64,000 bases of DNA. It comes from Tetramitus jugosus (taxonomy: Eukaryota > Protista > Heterolobosea). The translations under genes were made by a program, and so were the position numbers. Location: assembly GCA_937625935.1 (NCBI GenBank), contig OW569364.1, forward strand, positions 372,001 to 436,000. The letters run 5' to 3'. The notes beneath the pieces were generated by a model, which worked only from the letters and a program-made list of their open reading frames with translations, was not told where the DNA came from and did not search any database. Shown here piece by piece: positions 21,674 to 32,591 of this stretch (within the stretch, counting starts at the first letter, position 1; every line of letters begins with the position of its first letter).

Positions 21674-24600
21674 TTATAGATACAACGAGGAAGAGAATAC
21701 AATGTCCCTCTTCAACTTGTTAATACCTTCGTTTAGCTTAGCTTCCAACACTGAATCTCCAATGGCCTTTGCAGCGGCACACATCTGCCTCAGCAACTCT
21801 TCTAATCTTCTCATGACACGGACAATACTACCCTCGAAGACTTCGGTCATCTTACAAATCTCGTGGAACTTGGCACCGTGGCACCAGGCATAGGTCACAT
21901 TCATGAGTTCTGGCGAGAATGAATTCACGTATTCTTCTTCGTCCATTTCAATCTTGCTCTCAATGCTGACCTGTGCCACACGTTTAGCAGCCTTGATCAA
22001 CTCTTCATACGGTTTCTTTAATACCTCTGGTAGATTGTTTGCACCATTGTCTTTCTTGACTGTTCCACCCTCTTGGAAGGCACAGCAACTCATGAGTGCA
22101 ACGACTTGCTCTGGGTTCAGATCATTGAGAATACCGTTGAAGATGAGTTCAGTAATGACTAACTCGTCAGCAGAACTGATCTCACATGCGACACGACCCT
22201 TGACTTGAATCACACCAGCATTTGCTTTATCTTTGCTCCTGTTGTCACCATTGTTTGTCTCTTCTGGATTACTGATGCAACCCAGTCTTCGAAGCACACG
22301 AGTCATCTTCTTCAGGTCTTCCTTGAGAGCGAGTTGACCTGCGTCACGTATTCTCTTTTTGAGGTCACCCATTTCCCGTTCGATCTTGGCTTTTTGAATA
22401 TAGAGATTGTACAGCTCCTCACACGTTTCACTATCGTGGATTGGATTAGCAAGCATTCTCTGCTCTAGAGTTTCAACCTTTTGAATAGTTTCCTGAAGCA
22501 TGGCTGCTGGAATCTTCATATCTTCAATTGGATCCAACAAAGGAATACCTCCCTTGTTCTTTAATCGCTTCTCTGACTCTGAAACTCTTGCGTAACAACT
22601 CTCCATTGCATCTCTGCTCTTCAAATTCTTATTCATATAGATTCGAATCGAGCTCCACTGTTCCACATAGCTTAGATCAACAGGGAGAATGACGTAGTCA
22701 GGCTCTACTTCCACGGTACTATTGTTGTTCTTCTTATTGTTGGCCTTTTTCTTTTTCTTCTTATCTTCGGCTTCTTGCTTCGCTTTCAACTCAGCCTCCA
22801 ACTTTCTACGATTGAATGGACGAGGTCGGCCATCAGAATTAGGAGCACATTGAAGCAAGATATCAACTGTATAGTCAGATGCCTTCAATTCCTTGATGCT
22901 CGTGCTGTTCATCACATTCTTCTTCTTTTGGAAGTTGACAATGACTCCCCATCCCCAATTCTCATCAACAGTACTATCACTGTTGTCATTGGCAGTGTTT
23001 CCATTCACTCGAACCAATCGGCCAGTATTGACAAAATTGAGACAGTATGCTGGCTTGTTCACCTCTTGTTGAATCTTTCTCTTCAAATCAGTGAGTTCAT
23101 GCCTTATTCTATAGTAGGAAGCAACTTGTTGTTCCTGGCTGATGTTGAATTCAGCGTGTTGTTTCTCCAATTTCTTTAATTCCTCTTCCAGGGCAGGTCT
23201 CTGTTTTTCACTTTGATACTGGTAGAATGATCGCTCCATAATATATTGAGGTGAGATTTCTTCAACTCTCAACAAGTTAAGAATCATGTAATAACTCAAA
23301 TGGAAGGAACTGTTTAGGGCATCTGGTAGACCACTCATCATTTGTTTTGCTGTGTTGATCTCAATTTCCTTCTCCATCATCAGAATGACAATACCCTTGT
23401 CATCGATACCTCTTCTACCAGCTCTTCCTGACATTTGAATATATTCACCAGAGGTGACAATACGGAAATCTTTACCATCAAACTTTTCAAAGTTTGTGAA
23501 CAGCACTGTACGAGCAGGCATGTTCAATCCCATGGCAAAGGTTTCAGTAGCGAACAAAACTTTGACCAATCCCTCCTGGAACAAAATTTCAATCACTTCC
23601 TTAATGATAGGCAGCAAACCAGAATGATGGATACCGATACCCTTCTTGAGCAATGGTAACATGTGTTCGACTTGAGGAAGCTTTCTGTCATCTTCAGACA
23701 AGGCGTCAATCGCATTGTGGAACACTTCTTCCACAAGTGCCACCTCCTCTTCATCACCATTCAACAAGTCAAGCTTAGACATGGCCAAAGCTCTGTTCTC
23801 ACAGTCCTTTCGACTGAAACTGAAAACAATAACAGGTTGAAAGTTTCTCTTCATAATCATGTTCACCAATCGATAAACATTGTTTCCTTGAATCTCCTTG
23901 AGTTGCTTTCCGGTCATTCTTCCACCACCGCCACCACTGCTGGATGGTCCTCCCTCTGTTCCACCACCATTCTGCGCTGCTGCAGCTGCGTTCGTGTTGT
24001 TCAGTGTTTCAACAGCTTTCCGGAAGGCATCATCCTTGAATCCACTCTTTCCATCCACAACCAAATGAATACCATCACCACCACTTGGATAAATGTAATG
24101 TTGCAATGGAGTTGGACGATAGTCCGTGTAGACGACATGCACAGGTTGACCCTTGAGCTTTGCAATCCATTCTGCAAATTCCATTGCATTCGGAATCGTA
24201 GCACTCAAAAATACGTAGCGAACAGAGTTTGGCAACAGAATCAATGTTTCTTCCCAGACGACACCTCTCTCCTTGTCTCTCATGTAATGAACCTCATCGA
24301 AAATAACCCATGCAACTTCATTCAACAGTTCTGAACCCCGGTACAGCATACTCCTCAGAATTTCAGTAGTCATGACAATACAACTCGCATTGGGACTAAT
24401 GGTCACATCACCAGTCATCAAACCCACATCTTCAAACTCTTCTTGCAACTCTCTGTACTTTTGATTGGACAGTGCCTTAATAGGAGATGTGTAGACGACT
24501 CTTGATCCGTTTTTCAACGATTTTGCAATGGCATATTCGGCAACAGCAGTCTTACCTGCAGAGGTGTGAGCACTGACGAGAACACTCTGAGATCTCTCAA

Positions 24601-25147
24601 TGGCATCCACTGCCTCTCTCTGGAAAGAATCCAATGTGAACGGATATTCCTTTGCTGGCTTATAATTGGGTAGGAGAGTGTGAGGAGCAACTTCATACAG
24701 CATGTTGTGCAAATCTTCATCTGTAATCTGAGGATTCTTCTCTCTAAAGTCCACTGGGAGTGCCACTTCATGCAAACAAGCATTCTTTTCTCCCAATTTG
24801 GCATTGATGGTTGCGTCGATCACTGTGTGACTGTTGAGTTTTGGATTGCTCACAATCAGAGCAGCAGCAGCAGCTTCAGCTTCATTATTGATGTTTGATG
24901 ATGTTGCGTTGTTTGATTGTTGTTCATCTGTTGTAGTTGTTGTTGTGACCATTGCTTCTTCTTCGTCATCATCGTCCACTTCATCGTTATTCAAGTCCAA
25001 TGAACTCATTTTTTGTTTTTTGACTTGTCTTGCTTCATCCTTTTCCTTTTGTGCCTCCGAAGCTAACTCGTCAATCGCTTTTCGCTTCTTTGGTGCGTTT
25101 GAACTTTCGTTGAACACGTTGAATAAATCACTGGAGAATGGATCCAT
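21674..25147 (-). CDS. MTR4: Exosome RNA helicase MTR4 (Ski2-like)
   Basis: PAKEYPFTLDSFQ, AHTSAGKT, DEVHYMRD, SAT, QMSGRAGRRG, arch/KOW insert, C-terminal KRDIVFSSSLYL. Confidence 0.97.
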   Translation of the reverse strand: MDPFSSDLFNVFNESSNAPKKRKAIDELASEAQKEKDEARQVKKQKMSSLDLNNDEVDDDDEEEAMVTTTTTTDEQQSNNATSSNINNEAEAAAAALIVSNPKLNSHTVIDATINAKLGEKNACLHEVALPVDFREKNPQITDEDLHNMLYEVAPHTLLPNYKPAKEYPFTLDSFQREAVDAIERSQSVLVSAHTSAGKTAVAEYAIAKSLKNGSRVVYTSPIKALSNQKYRELQEEFEDVGLMTGDVTISPNASCIVMTTEILRSMLYRGSELLNEVAWVIFDEVHYMRDKERGVVWEETLILLPNSVRYVFLSATIPNAMEFAEWIAKLKGQPVHVVYTDYRPTPLQHYIYPSGGDGIHLVVDGKSGFKDDAFRKAVETLNNTNAAAAAQNGGGTEGGPSSSGGGGGRMTGKQLKEIQGNNVYRLVNMIMKRNFQPVIVFSFSRKDCENRALAMSKLDLLNGDEEEVALVEEVFHNAIDALSEDDRKLPQVEHMLPLLKKGIGIHHSGLLPIIKEVIEILFQEGLVKVLFATETFAMGLNMPARTVLFTNFEKFDGKDFRIVTSGEYIQMSGRAGRRGIDDKGIVILMMEKEIEINTAKQMMSGLPDALNSSFHLSYYMILNLLRVEEISPQYIMERSFYQYQSEKQRPALEEELKKLEKQHAEFNISQEQQVASYYRIRHELTDLKRKIQQEVNKPAYCLNFVNTGRLVRVNGNTANDNSDSTVDENWGWGVIVNFQKKKNVMNSTSIKELKASDYTVDILLQCAPNSDGRPRPFNRRKLEAELKAKQEAEDKKKKKKANNKKNNNSTVEVEPDYVILPVDLSYVEQWSSIRIYMNKNLKSRDAMESCYARVSESEKRLKNKGGIPLLDPIEDMKIPAAMLQETIQKVETLEQRMLANPIHDSETCEELYNLYIQKAKIEREMGDLKKRIRDAGQLALKEDLKKMTRVLRRLGCISNPEETNNGDNRSKDKANAGVIQVKGRVACEISSADELVITELIFNGILNDLNPEQVVALMSCCAFQEGGTVKKDNGANNLPEVLKKPYEELIKAAKRVAQVSIESKIEMDEEEYVNSFSPELMNVTYAWCHGAKFHEICKMTEVFEGSIVRVMRRLEELLRQMCAAAKAIGDSVLEAKLNEGINKLKRDIVFSSSLYL

Positions 25148-25445
25148 GTTTGTTGTTGTTGTTGTTGTGTAATAATTTTATGATTATTATCCAAAATGCT
25201 TTCTCCTTCCGTTTTGATTCAAAATTGTTGAGCTTTTTGGAGAGTGTTAAAAAGCAAGTTTTGTTGTTCTGTGTTGGTTCAAGGTGCTTCTTGATCCGTG
25301 GAAACAAAGAGAAATGAAGTTGCAACTGTTCGTTGAACCTCAGTATTCGCCTTGAAGTCCGAAAAATTTGTCGGAGCTGATGTAGCGGAGTTAATATCGA
25401 CGAGCGCTCGTGAAACTACAGATCAGACGAACAGACAGGAGACCG

Positions 25446-27688
25446 ATGATGTTGAATTGGCAAGATTATGAAAAAATTGAGAGAATTGGAAAAGGTTCTT
25501 TTGGAGAAGTTTTCAAAGGGTAAGACCTGTTTTTGTCGGATTCGCATCATTCCATATGACTCACTCAATGTGTCCTGTTCACGTACATAGACGGAACAAG
25601 TCAACAGGACAAACTGTTGCTATAAAGGTGATCGACCTTGAAGAGACTGAAGATGAAATTGAAGATATTCAAAGAGAAATTCACATATTAAAGCAGTGTA
25701 ACTCTCCCTATGTTGTCTCGATTTATGGCAGTTTTGTGTATCATACCAAACTGTGGATTATTATGGAATACTTGGCAGGAGGATCTTTGTTGGATATTAT
25801 TAACGTAGCAAAGGAGATAGCGAAAAAGGAAGCAAGTGGCTCCTCTGAGGATTTTGATTCGGACGTAATACGGTCAGATATTAGGACCAGCATTGGTTCC
25901 TCTGGAGGTATCGACGAGAAGTATATTTCAATTATCATGAGGGAGATGTTGTTGGGATTGGAATATTTGCACTCGGTGGGATTAATTCACAGAGATATCA
26001 AAGCAGCTAATGTTCTTCTCGATCAAAATGGATCTGTAAAGATTGCTGATTTTGGTGTTTGTGGTCAAATATCATCGACGATGAACAAGAGACATTCCTT
26101 TGTTGGAACTCCTTACTGGATGGCACCTGAAGTTATAAAGCAATCGGGATACGACGAAAAAGCAGATATCTGGAGTTTAGGAATTACTGGGATCGAAATG
26201 GCTAAAGGAAGTCCTCCTTATCATGGTGATGACCCTATGAAGATTCTATTCCTAATTCCCAAGAATGAACCACCAACTCTTGAAGGACCTAGGTTTAGTA
26301 AGACTTTCAAGGAGTTCATCTCACTATGTTTAAGGAAAGATCCTGCCCAACGTCCTCCAGCCAAAGAACTCCTAAAACATAAGTTCATTCGAAGTAGTGC
26401 AAAGAAGACGATCGTCTTACTACAAGAGCTGGTTGATATGAAAGCTATGTTTCACTCTAATGATCCTTCAAGTGAAACACGAACCGACACAGAGAGTGAT
26501 AGCGATATGGAGTTCGATTTTGATGAGACAGAAGATGAGGTTCGCGGTTGGAACTATGGTACGGTCACTCATAAAACGGACACGATTCGAAGAAAAAGGA
26601 GAACAACAAATAGCCATTCTGATTCAACGGATATTGTTACTCCTATACCCGAAGAAAATCGTTCTGCCTCAATTGAATCAGACGATAGTTCGAGCAGCGA
26701 TGAATCCGATGGAGAGGAAGAAGAGAAAATGTACAATACCCAGAAAGTAGTGAACAATACGGTTAGAGCTGTGCCAATTACTACTGACATCTTCTATCCT
26801 CCAGTGCTTCAGAACGAATCAATCGAAATTAATTTAACAAGTGATGCAACTGAAACACTCGCACTCCCCCAATCTATAAACACTCCTCTTCACGAGGAAA
26901 TGGATCCACATAGCGCCTTCATTGCAAAGAGCGTGATAGAAATTGCCCTGCTAGAATCTATCTACCTTTCTCAATCTACTGATGAAACGACCAACCCTGA
27001 AACTCCCAGAGACACAACAGAAGGTGTACCTCCACAAGATAAGGAGCAACTACGAAAGATTGTGGATCAAATATCAGCCCTTCTCAAGGAAGCAGAACAT
27101 TTCAAACCAGGATTTATACCCTATCTTGCCTCGGCGGTCTCTAGACGATATCAACACTCCGCAACAAATGATCATCTGGAATTGGTGGCTTCTGACCATA
27201 ACCAAGGTCACCGCAAGGTACCATGTCATCAAATTTCTTCTCGAGTTGTTTCATTGAATCGGTTCCGAAGACAATCCTCTTATTCAAAACTTGAATCCTC
27301 CAAGAGCCGTAAGCTCACACCAGGAAGACACTTCACTCTTCTTCAACAGGGAAATGAGGTAACACCTCTCAGAAAACAACAGAGCTTCAATGGGAGAACT
27401 AGCAGCTCAAAGAACGAGTATGAGATACATGACCAGACACCTCTACCACACAACACTCCTCTCGAAAGCGATGACCAGAAGCAACAGCTCGCGTCGCAAC
27501 AACAACAAGAACAACCAGAACAGCAAGAAGACCACAACTTGACTCATGTCGTCGCTCAAACACTACTCGAAAGATGGAAAACAAGATACTACACAGAGTA
27601 TGAACCCTCAATCAACAATCAAAACGAAGAAGTTATCGAAATGAGTCTCTCTGGCGCATTTCGCCTGCTAGACCTCAATACATTGTAA
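25446..27688 (+). CDS. STE20-family Ser/Thr kinase (MST3/STK24-25, GCK-III-like), 2 exons (intron 25520-25590)
   Basis: Exon 1 supplies [14 protein letters not shown]; then [50 protein letters not shown]. Confidence 0.94.
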
Positions 27689-27888
27689 AAATTGGCCACC
27701 AAAATTTTTTTGTCATGTGTCTTTTGATCAAAAGCTTTTAATATACAGTGTCTAGTGATGCGATGATATCAGATGATCCATAAAGTGATTTGAATGAATA
27801 ATAAATAGAGTTGATAATCGGTCATTCCATCTCTCTCTTCTTTGTCATACATCGAAATGAGCATAAGAAAATGAAATAATACAAGTGA

Positions 27889-28229
27889 TTATTGTTTTCG
27901 AGCATCTTCAACCGATTGCACAGCAGCTTCCACATATTCCATCTTTCTCTCTAGATTGGTCAATTTTTGATTCAATTCACCGAGTTTGACTCTTGTGTTT
28001 TGTTCTTTTTTTTTGCACATATATCAGATGGAATGAGAATTCATGAGAGAGAGTTAGAGTTTTAGAGTCATCGAGCACCGAAAAGAAGAAAAAATCACAA
28101 CAACAAAAAAAACGTACCAAACTTGTTCAAAAATTCGGCAATTTTCAAGATGCTGAGAGAAACTGTTTCAATGTATTCTCTGTTCTCCCAGTCCTTCTTT
28201 ATGGACTCTTGCATAACATGATTACTCAT
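27889..28229 (-). CDS. BRK1: BRICK1/HSPC300 subunit of the SCAR/WAVE complex, 2 exons (intron 28005-28117)
   Basis: Spliced product MSNHVMQESIKKDWENREYIETVSLSILKIAEFLNKF|EQNTRVKLGELNQKLTNLERKMEYVEAAVQSVEDARKQ matches the BRK1 pattern DW.NREYIE....I.KI..FLN.F....R..L..LN.KLT.LER..EY.EA. Not in the ORF track. Confidence 0.93.
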
Positions 28230-28532
28230 TATTTGTTGTTTTGTGTTTTGTGGTTTTTTGTTTGTGTTTGAAGTTGATTTTTTCGTTCGGTTTTATTTTT
28301 TCGATCTGAATTGACGTTTGACATCATGGTGAAAACATGATTTACAGTATCATCGGTTATGGGCTCTTTCATGATTTTGAGACATGAGCGTTGTGTGTGA
28401 ATGAGCAAGATTTTCTTTTCTATCTCAATTCTTGGATGAACATGAAGGGTTGTAGCTGAGTGACCTGCGTGTTCTTTGAGCATCGATGGAGGTCGTGATG
28501 ACCTAGCTAGGTATTCTTGTTTGCGAGATCAG

Positions 28533-29348
28533 TTAAAAAAGAGCATACGTGGTTGTATCATATTGCTCTACTTCAGTCGAAAGTTCTTCTTCATTCTCTT
28601 CCCTGATTTCATTCTCCTTCAGCTCAGGTTCTTCAAAGGCAATAATCTCCGATAGCTCTATCGAACGACCAGGCAATTCTTTCAACTTTTTCAGAGTAAA
28701 AATCTTAATCTCTGGCGAGTACCACTCTGGATGATAATCCTCTTCATCAATCGGCTCCACACTAAAGAATTGAGTAATAAAAGGAAAGAAGGCAGCATCC
28801 TTCTTCGATCTCAACTCATAAGCCAACAACACTTCAACCTCTGGATTCACATCAGCAACCATCTGCAGACACTGAGCCAGAGGCATCCACATATCCTTCG
28901 ACTCATACACACAATCACAAACAACTACACAATCAAATTTTTCTTCAATCGGAGTTTCTCCCCACATGAGCTCCTTCACAGTATATCTCTGCTTGAGATC
29001 ACCGACTTTCAACGCCTTCTCATCACCTGCATAAAAATAATTTTCTTCCAAACTACAATTCAATTCAATGTTGTGTTCAATGAGAGGCAACAACACTTGC
29101 TTATCCGTGAGAACTACATGTCCAGCACCCATCAACAATAAAATGATACCTAGAACACCCGTACCACTACCCAGCTCCAAAATTTTCTTGCCTGTGAAAT
29201 GACCTGGAGGATACTTTGCCACATTCTCAAAAGCTTTCATAATGACAAATGTGCAGTCCCAAATAATGGCACCAGCTTCCTTGTTTACAATGTGCAAATC
29301 TTGTTCAATGCTCAGTTTCTTACCAAATGTTTCAATCTCTCGTCTCAT
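28533..29348 (-). CDS. Protein-lysine methyltransferase, METTL21/family 16
   Basis: GAIIWDC, ILELGSGTG (motif I), VVLTD, LMWG, CDCVY (DxxY), YELR. Confidence 0.92.
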   Translation of the reverse strand: MRREIETFGKKLSIEQDLHIVNKEAGAIIWDCTFVIMKAFENVAKYPPGHFTGKKILELGSGTGVLGIILLLMGAGHVVLTDKQVLLPLIEHNIELNCSLEENYFYAGDEKALKVGDLKQRYTVKELMWGETPIEEKFDCVVVCDCVYESKDMWMPLAQCLQMVADVNPEVEVLLAYELRSKKDAAFFPFITQFFSVEPIDEEDYHPEWYSPEIKIFTLKKLKELPGRSIELSEIIAFEEPELKENEIREENEEELSTEVEQYDTTTYALF

Positions 29349-29973
29349 TTCTGGTCAACGTTGTTCTTTTATGTTGAATGATCTGATGTTTTTCGTTCAC
29401 ACAAGGAGATCTTTTTTTTGTGCTTGTAAGTTTCACTTGATAATCCAAAAATAGAAGTTGAAGAGGTGCCTGTTTGTTTGCCACTGGCTTACTTTGGTTA
29501 CTCTGTGACACCGAATGGGTGAGTGGGATAGTGCAATGTTCCTGGAAAACGGATCAATCTTTCTTTGGCCTCATTTTATTTTGAATCCATTGCGGAAGGC
29601 AGGTCATTTCTTGTTGTTGGGCATGGTCGGATGCTTCTTCGAGGTTCGCTTATTTCACAATTCAACAAAACGCACATGAAAATTTCAAGCAAACCGAGCC
29701 ACAATCACACCGGACAATAGACAGCCGGCTAGATATCCACACCCACTCCAACAGCTTTTGACAGACGCAAACCACACCCAAGTCATGAACCAGCTTGAAT
29801 GAAAAAGAAGCAACAAAGCAAGTCACAAACACAATAACCAAAAATTGAAGCTCATCTCCCTTTTGCTTCAAAAAGACTCCTAACACCAAGATAACGGACA
29901 ACAAGCACAACAAACCAGGACTTTTAACGAGAAAATCAACCATCCAGCCAAACCAACCAAACAAAGAACCAAC

Positions 29974-32520
29974 ATGCCCTTCCACAATTACTATTACCAA
30001 GCGCCAACGGTAAGCTTCCAAAATCCTGACTTCCAAAGCTTCTTGCTCTCCCAAAAACAACAACAAGAACTGCAACCACAAGAAGCTCAAACTTCTCCCA
30101 AGGTCACTGCTGATTCCTCTTCTCTCCACAATAACAATAGCAAGATTGAGACTAACAACAAAAGAGAAAAAGCTAAAGAAGAACAAGAAGAAGACTCCAT
30201 AACAGTGGTGGTCCGAGATGCACATTTTCAATCCTTGTGGAAACAGTTACCTGAAGCTCTCATGATTCATTGCTTCCTGTTCTTGAATGAGAATTGTGTG
30301 TTGAATCATGTGAGTCTCACGAGTCACCACATGCATCAACTGTGTGTCAACATGTTTCGTTCAAATTGTCGTGTCATTGTTTTTGAGTTGTTTGATATAG
30401 AGAGAGAATATCAACCTGATGATTTTTCCAAGGATGAACGAGTAGTACAGTCAGAGTATAGTCGCATGAAATGTTTTGTTCAGTTTTTGAAGAGATATCA
30501 AGTCAAGAGTGCTCAGATTCAATCACGCCTACGGTCATCATCGAAAAAGTCGTCTTTGAATCACTCTGGTAGCATTGGTGGAACAACGACGCAGTCAAAT
30601 TATAGTAGTATTCAGAGAGTCATTGCCAAGAATCAACAATCATTGGGATATCAATGTGTAAAGTGGTTGATGCAGAATCATGTGATACTCAATGATTTAT
30701 CAGTCATTGAGGTGGATGATGATGGTGGATCGAGTTTTCATCATCATTCTCACCATCATCAAGCGTTGGCGATGAACAGTGAAAAGATGAATGCTGTGAA
30801 TTCAAAGAAGACGACAACAGCGACTGCAGTAGCAGCAGTAGCTTCTGCCATTCATCGAAATTTGAGTGTTCCGAGCTTAGGATCCAGAAATCGAAGTCTA
30901 TCTACCGTAACAATGATGAAAAATAGAGTGTTGCCGCAGAGTAATTCATCAAGTATCGATCTTTCCGCCTCTGATACTACTACTACTGCTGACGAGCAAC
31001 AGCAGAACGACAACAACAACGATAATCAAGTGTCATCAATGGAACACTTGGAATTATCAAAGCATTTTGTACAGTTGGCTCCATGGTTTCTTAACGATTC
31101 AGGCGCATTGAGGAAACTAAAGAGCTTAACATTGTACAATGATTGGAATATTGAGTTGGATTTTATGTTGTGTAACGCCAGTTTGCTTCATTTAGAAACG
31201 TTGGAGCTGTATGGATGCTCCTCCAAGAATATTTTAACACTGTTGAGTGCTTGCACAGAGCAGTTACAAACACTGGTCGTTCAGTTGTCCAATAGTCCGA
31301 GTGAGAGTCGATTGGCTCATCAAGTGCATGCGTTGGCTGAAGAAACAACTGATATGTCCAACGTGCATCATCTGCAGTTTCCAAAGTTGAAAAATTTGGA
31401 TTTGGAAGCGTCTGTGTTGCCACTGTTCTTCCGAGGTATCGTTCACTCAGTACTTGTGAGCTCCGAGTGTAAAACAATGGATCATCTCTTGATCAAGGGT
31501 AAATTACCGATGCGCAAGAATGGTGACTCCAATGTGCAGTCATGGAGAGAGACCATGAGCATTCTGCAGTCATGTCACTTTGAGCTTGCACTGCCATGTG
31601 AACTATTCCACTTTTTAACTGAATCGTGTCGACGTCAAATCGCAAAACTGACCATTTTTGGTGGTGTTCTGGACAAGGAAACACAGGAGCTGTTGATGCA
31701 GTGCTCCTGTCTGAGCAGCTTAAGTGTCATCTCAGAGAGTACTGTTACTTCAAAGTCATTGATTGGAAGTCTTGTGGATCACCTACCCAAGTTGACAGAC
31801 TTATCCATGCCATTTACAGAATTCCGCATCAAGCAATACATGTCAGAAGTGCAGGACGATACGCCGAAATCTCAGTTGAAGAAACTGGATATCAACTTGA
31901 ACGCTTTTTCGGATTTTTCAATGGAGAGATTCATGAACAGAATTGGTCACAGCCTCCGAGAGTTGTACTGTTCGACGTTTGCTCTGCGGTTTGACAGATT
32001 TTGTGAACTGACACCACTGCTGACAAAATACGCATCCAATATTCAACATTTATCGCTGTCTGTGCAAGCGTTGACCGTAGCTGGTATATCTCGGTACAAG
32101 TGCAATCAGATTGCAACAGAGTCTCTCCGAAGCGTGGATCTGAAGCTCGATATTCACTTAAGCTTCGAGGAAATGTCACTCGTTGCACTTTGTCTCCTGC
32201 ACAAACTGCCCAGCACATGTAAATATAACACATCATTTGACGGTAGTATTTCATCGAATCCCCAGTTTCCAAACACAGGATTAGAGGAAGATCTCGGGCG
32301 TGATGTGCTGTACAAGTTACCTCGCATCGTAGATCAAGTTGTCGGTTTTTCTACGGAAGAAAAGGACATGTTGAGAAGTGGTTTCGAACGAGGCGTTCGA
32401 GTACCTCCAATTCAGCGCATGATTGATCAACTGTGCGAATTGAGAAGGGAGGAAGATAAGTTGAATGAGACGATGCGTTTCAGAGAGTCAACCATGCACA
32501 ATTCTGCCTTCTACTTCTAA
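29974..32520 (+). CDS. F-box + degenerate LRR protein
   Basis: F-box-like LPEALMIHCFLFL...VSLTSHHM; LxxLxL repeats (LRKLKSLTL, LETLELYGC, LKNLDL, LTDLSM, LKKLDI). Confidence 0.8.
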   Translation: MPFHNYYYQAPTVSFQNPDFQSFLLSQKQQQELQPQEAQTSPKVTADSSSLHNNNSKIETNNKREKAKEEQEEDSITVVVRDAHFQSLWKQLPEALMIHCFLFLNENCVLNHVSLTSHHMHQLCVNMFRSNCRVIVFELFDIEREYQPDDFSKDERVVQSEYSRMKCFVQFLKRYQVKSAQIQSRLRSSSKKSSLNHSGSIGGTTTQSNYSSIQRVIAKNQQSLGYQCVKWLMQNHVILNDLSVIEVDDDGGSSFHHHSHHHQALAMNSEKMNAVNSKKTTTATAVAAVASAIHRNLSVPSLGSRNRSLSTVTMMKNRVLPQSNSSSIDLSASDTTTTADEQQQNDNNNDNQVSSMEHLELSKHFVQLAPWFLNDSGALRKLKSLTLYNDWNIELDFMLCNASLLHLETLELYGCSSKNILTLLSACTEQLQTLVVQLSNSPSESRLAHQVHALAEETTDMSNVHHLQFPKLKNLDLEASVLPLFFRGIVHSVLVSSECKTMDHLLIKGKLPMRKNGDSNVQSWRETMSILQSCHFELALPCELFHFLTESCRRQIAKLTIFGGVLDKETQELLMQCSCLSSLSVISESTVTSKSLIGSLVDHLPKLTDLSMPFTEFRIKQYMSEVQDDTPKSQLKKLDINLNAFSDFSMERFMNRIGHSLRELYCSTFALRFDRFCELTPLLTKYASNIQHLSLSVQALTVAGISRYKCNQIATESLRSVDLKLDIHLSFEEMSLVALCLLHKLPSTCKYNTSFDGSISSNPQFPNTGLEEDLGRDVLYKLPRIVDQVVGFSTEEKDMLRSGFERGVRVPPIQRMIDQLCELRREEDKLNETMRFRESTMHNSAFYF

Positions 32521-32591
32521 TACAACATTGTAAATAAAGTATATGAAAGAAACCAAATTTCAAGAAAACAAATCGTACAAGAATAACTTTA

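Noticed and set aside
29455-29660. Possible structured ncRNA (snRNA/SRP/riboswitch) in the METTL21/F-box intergenic region; minus strand has ATTGCAC
   Set aside because: No U1 5' end, U2 branch-pairing region, SRP helix 8 or TPP core found; most likely a divergent promoter.
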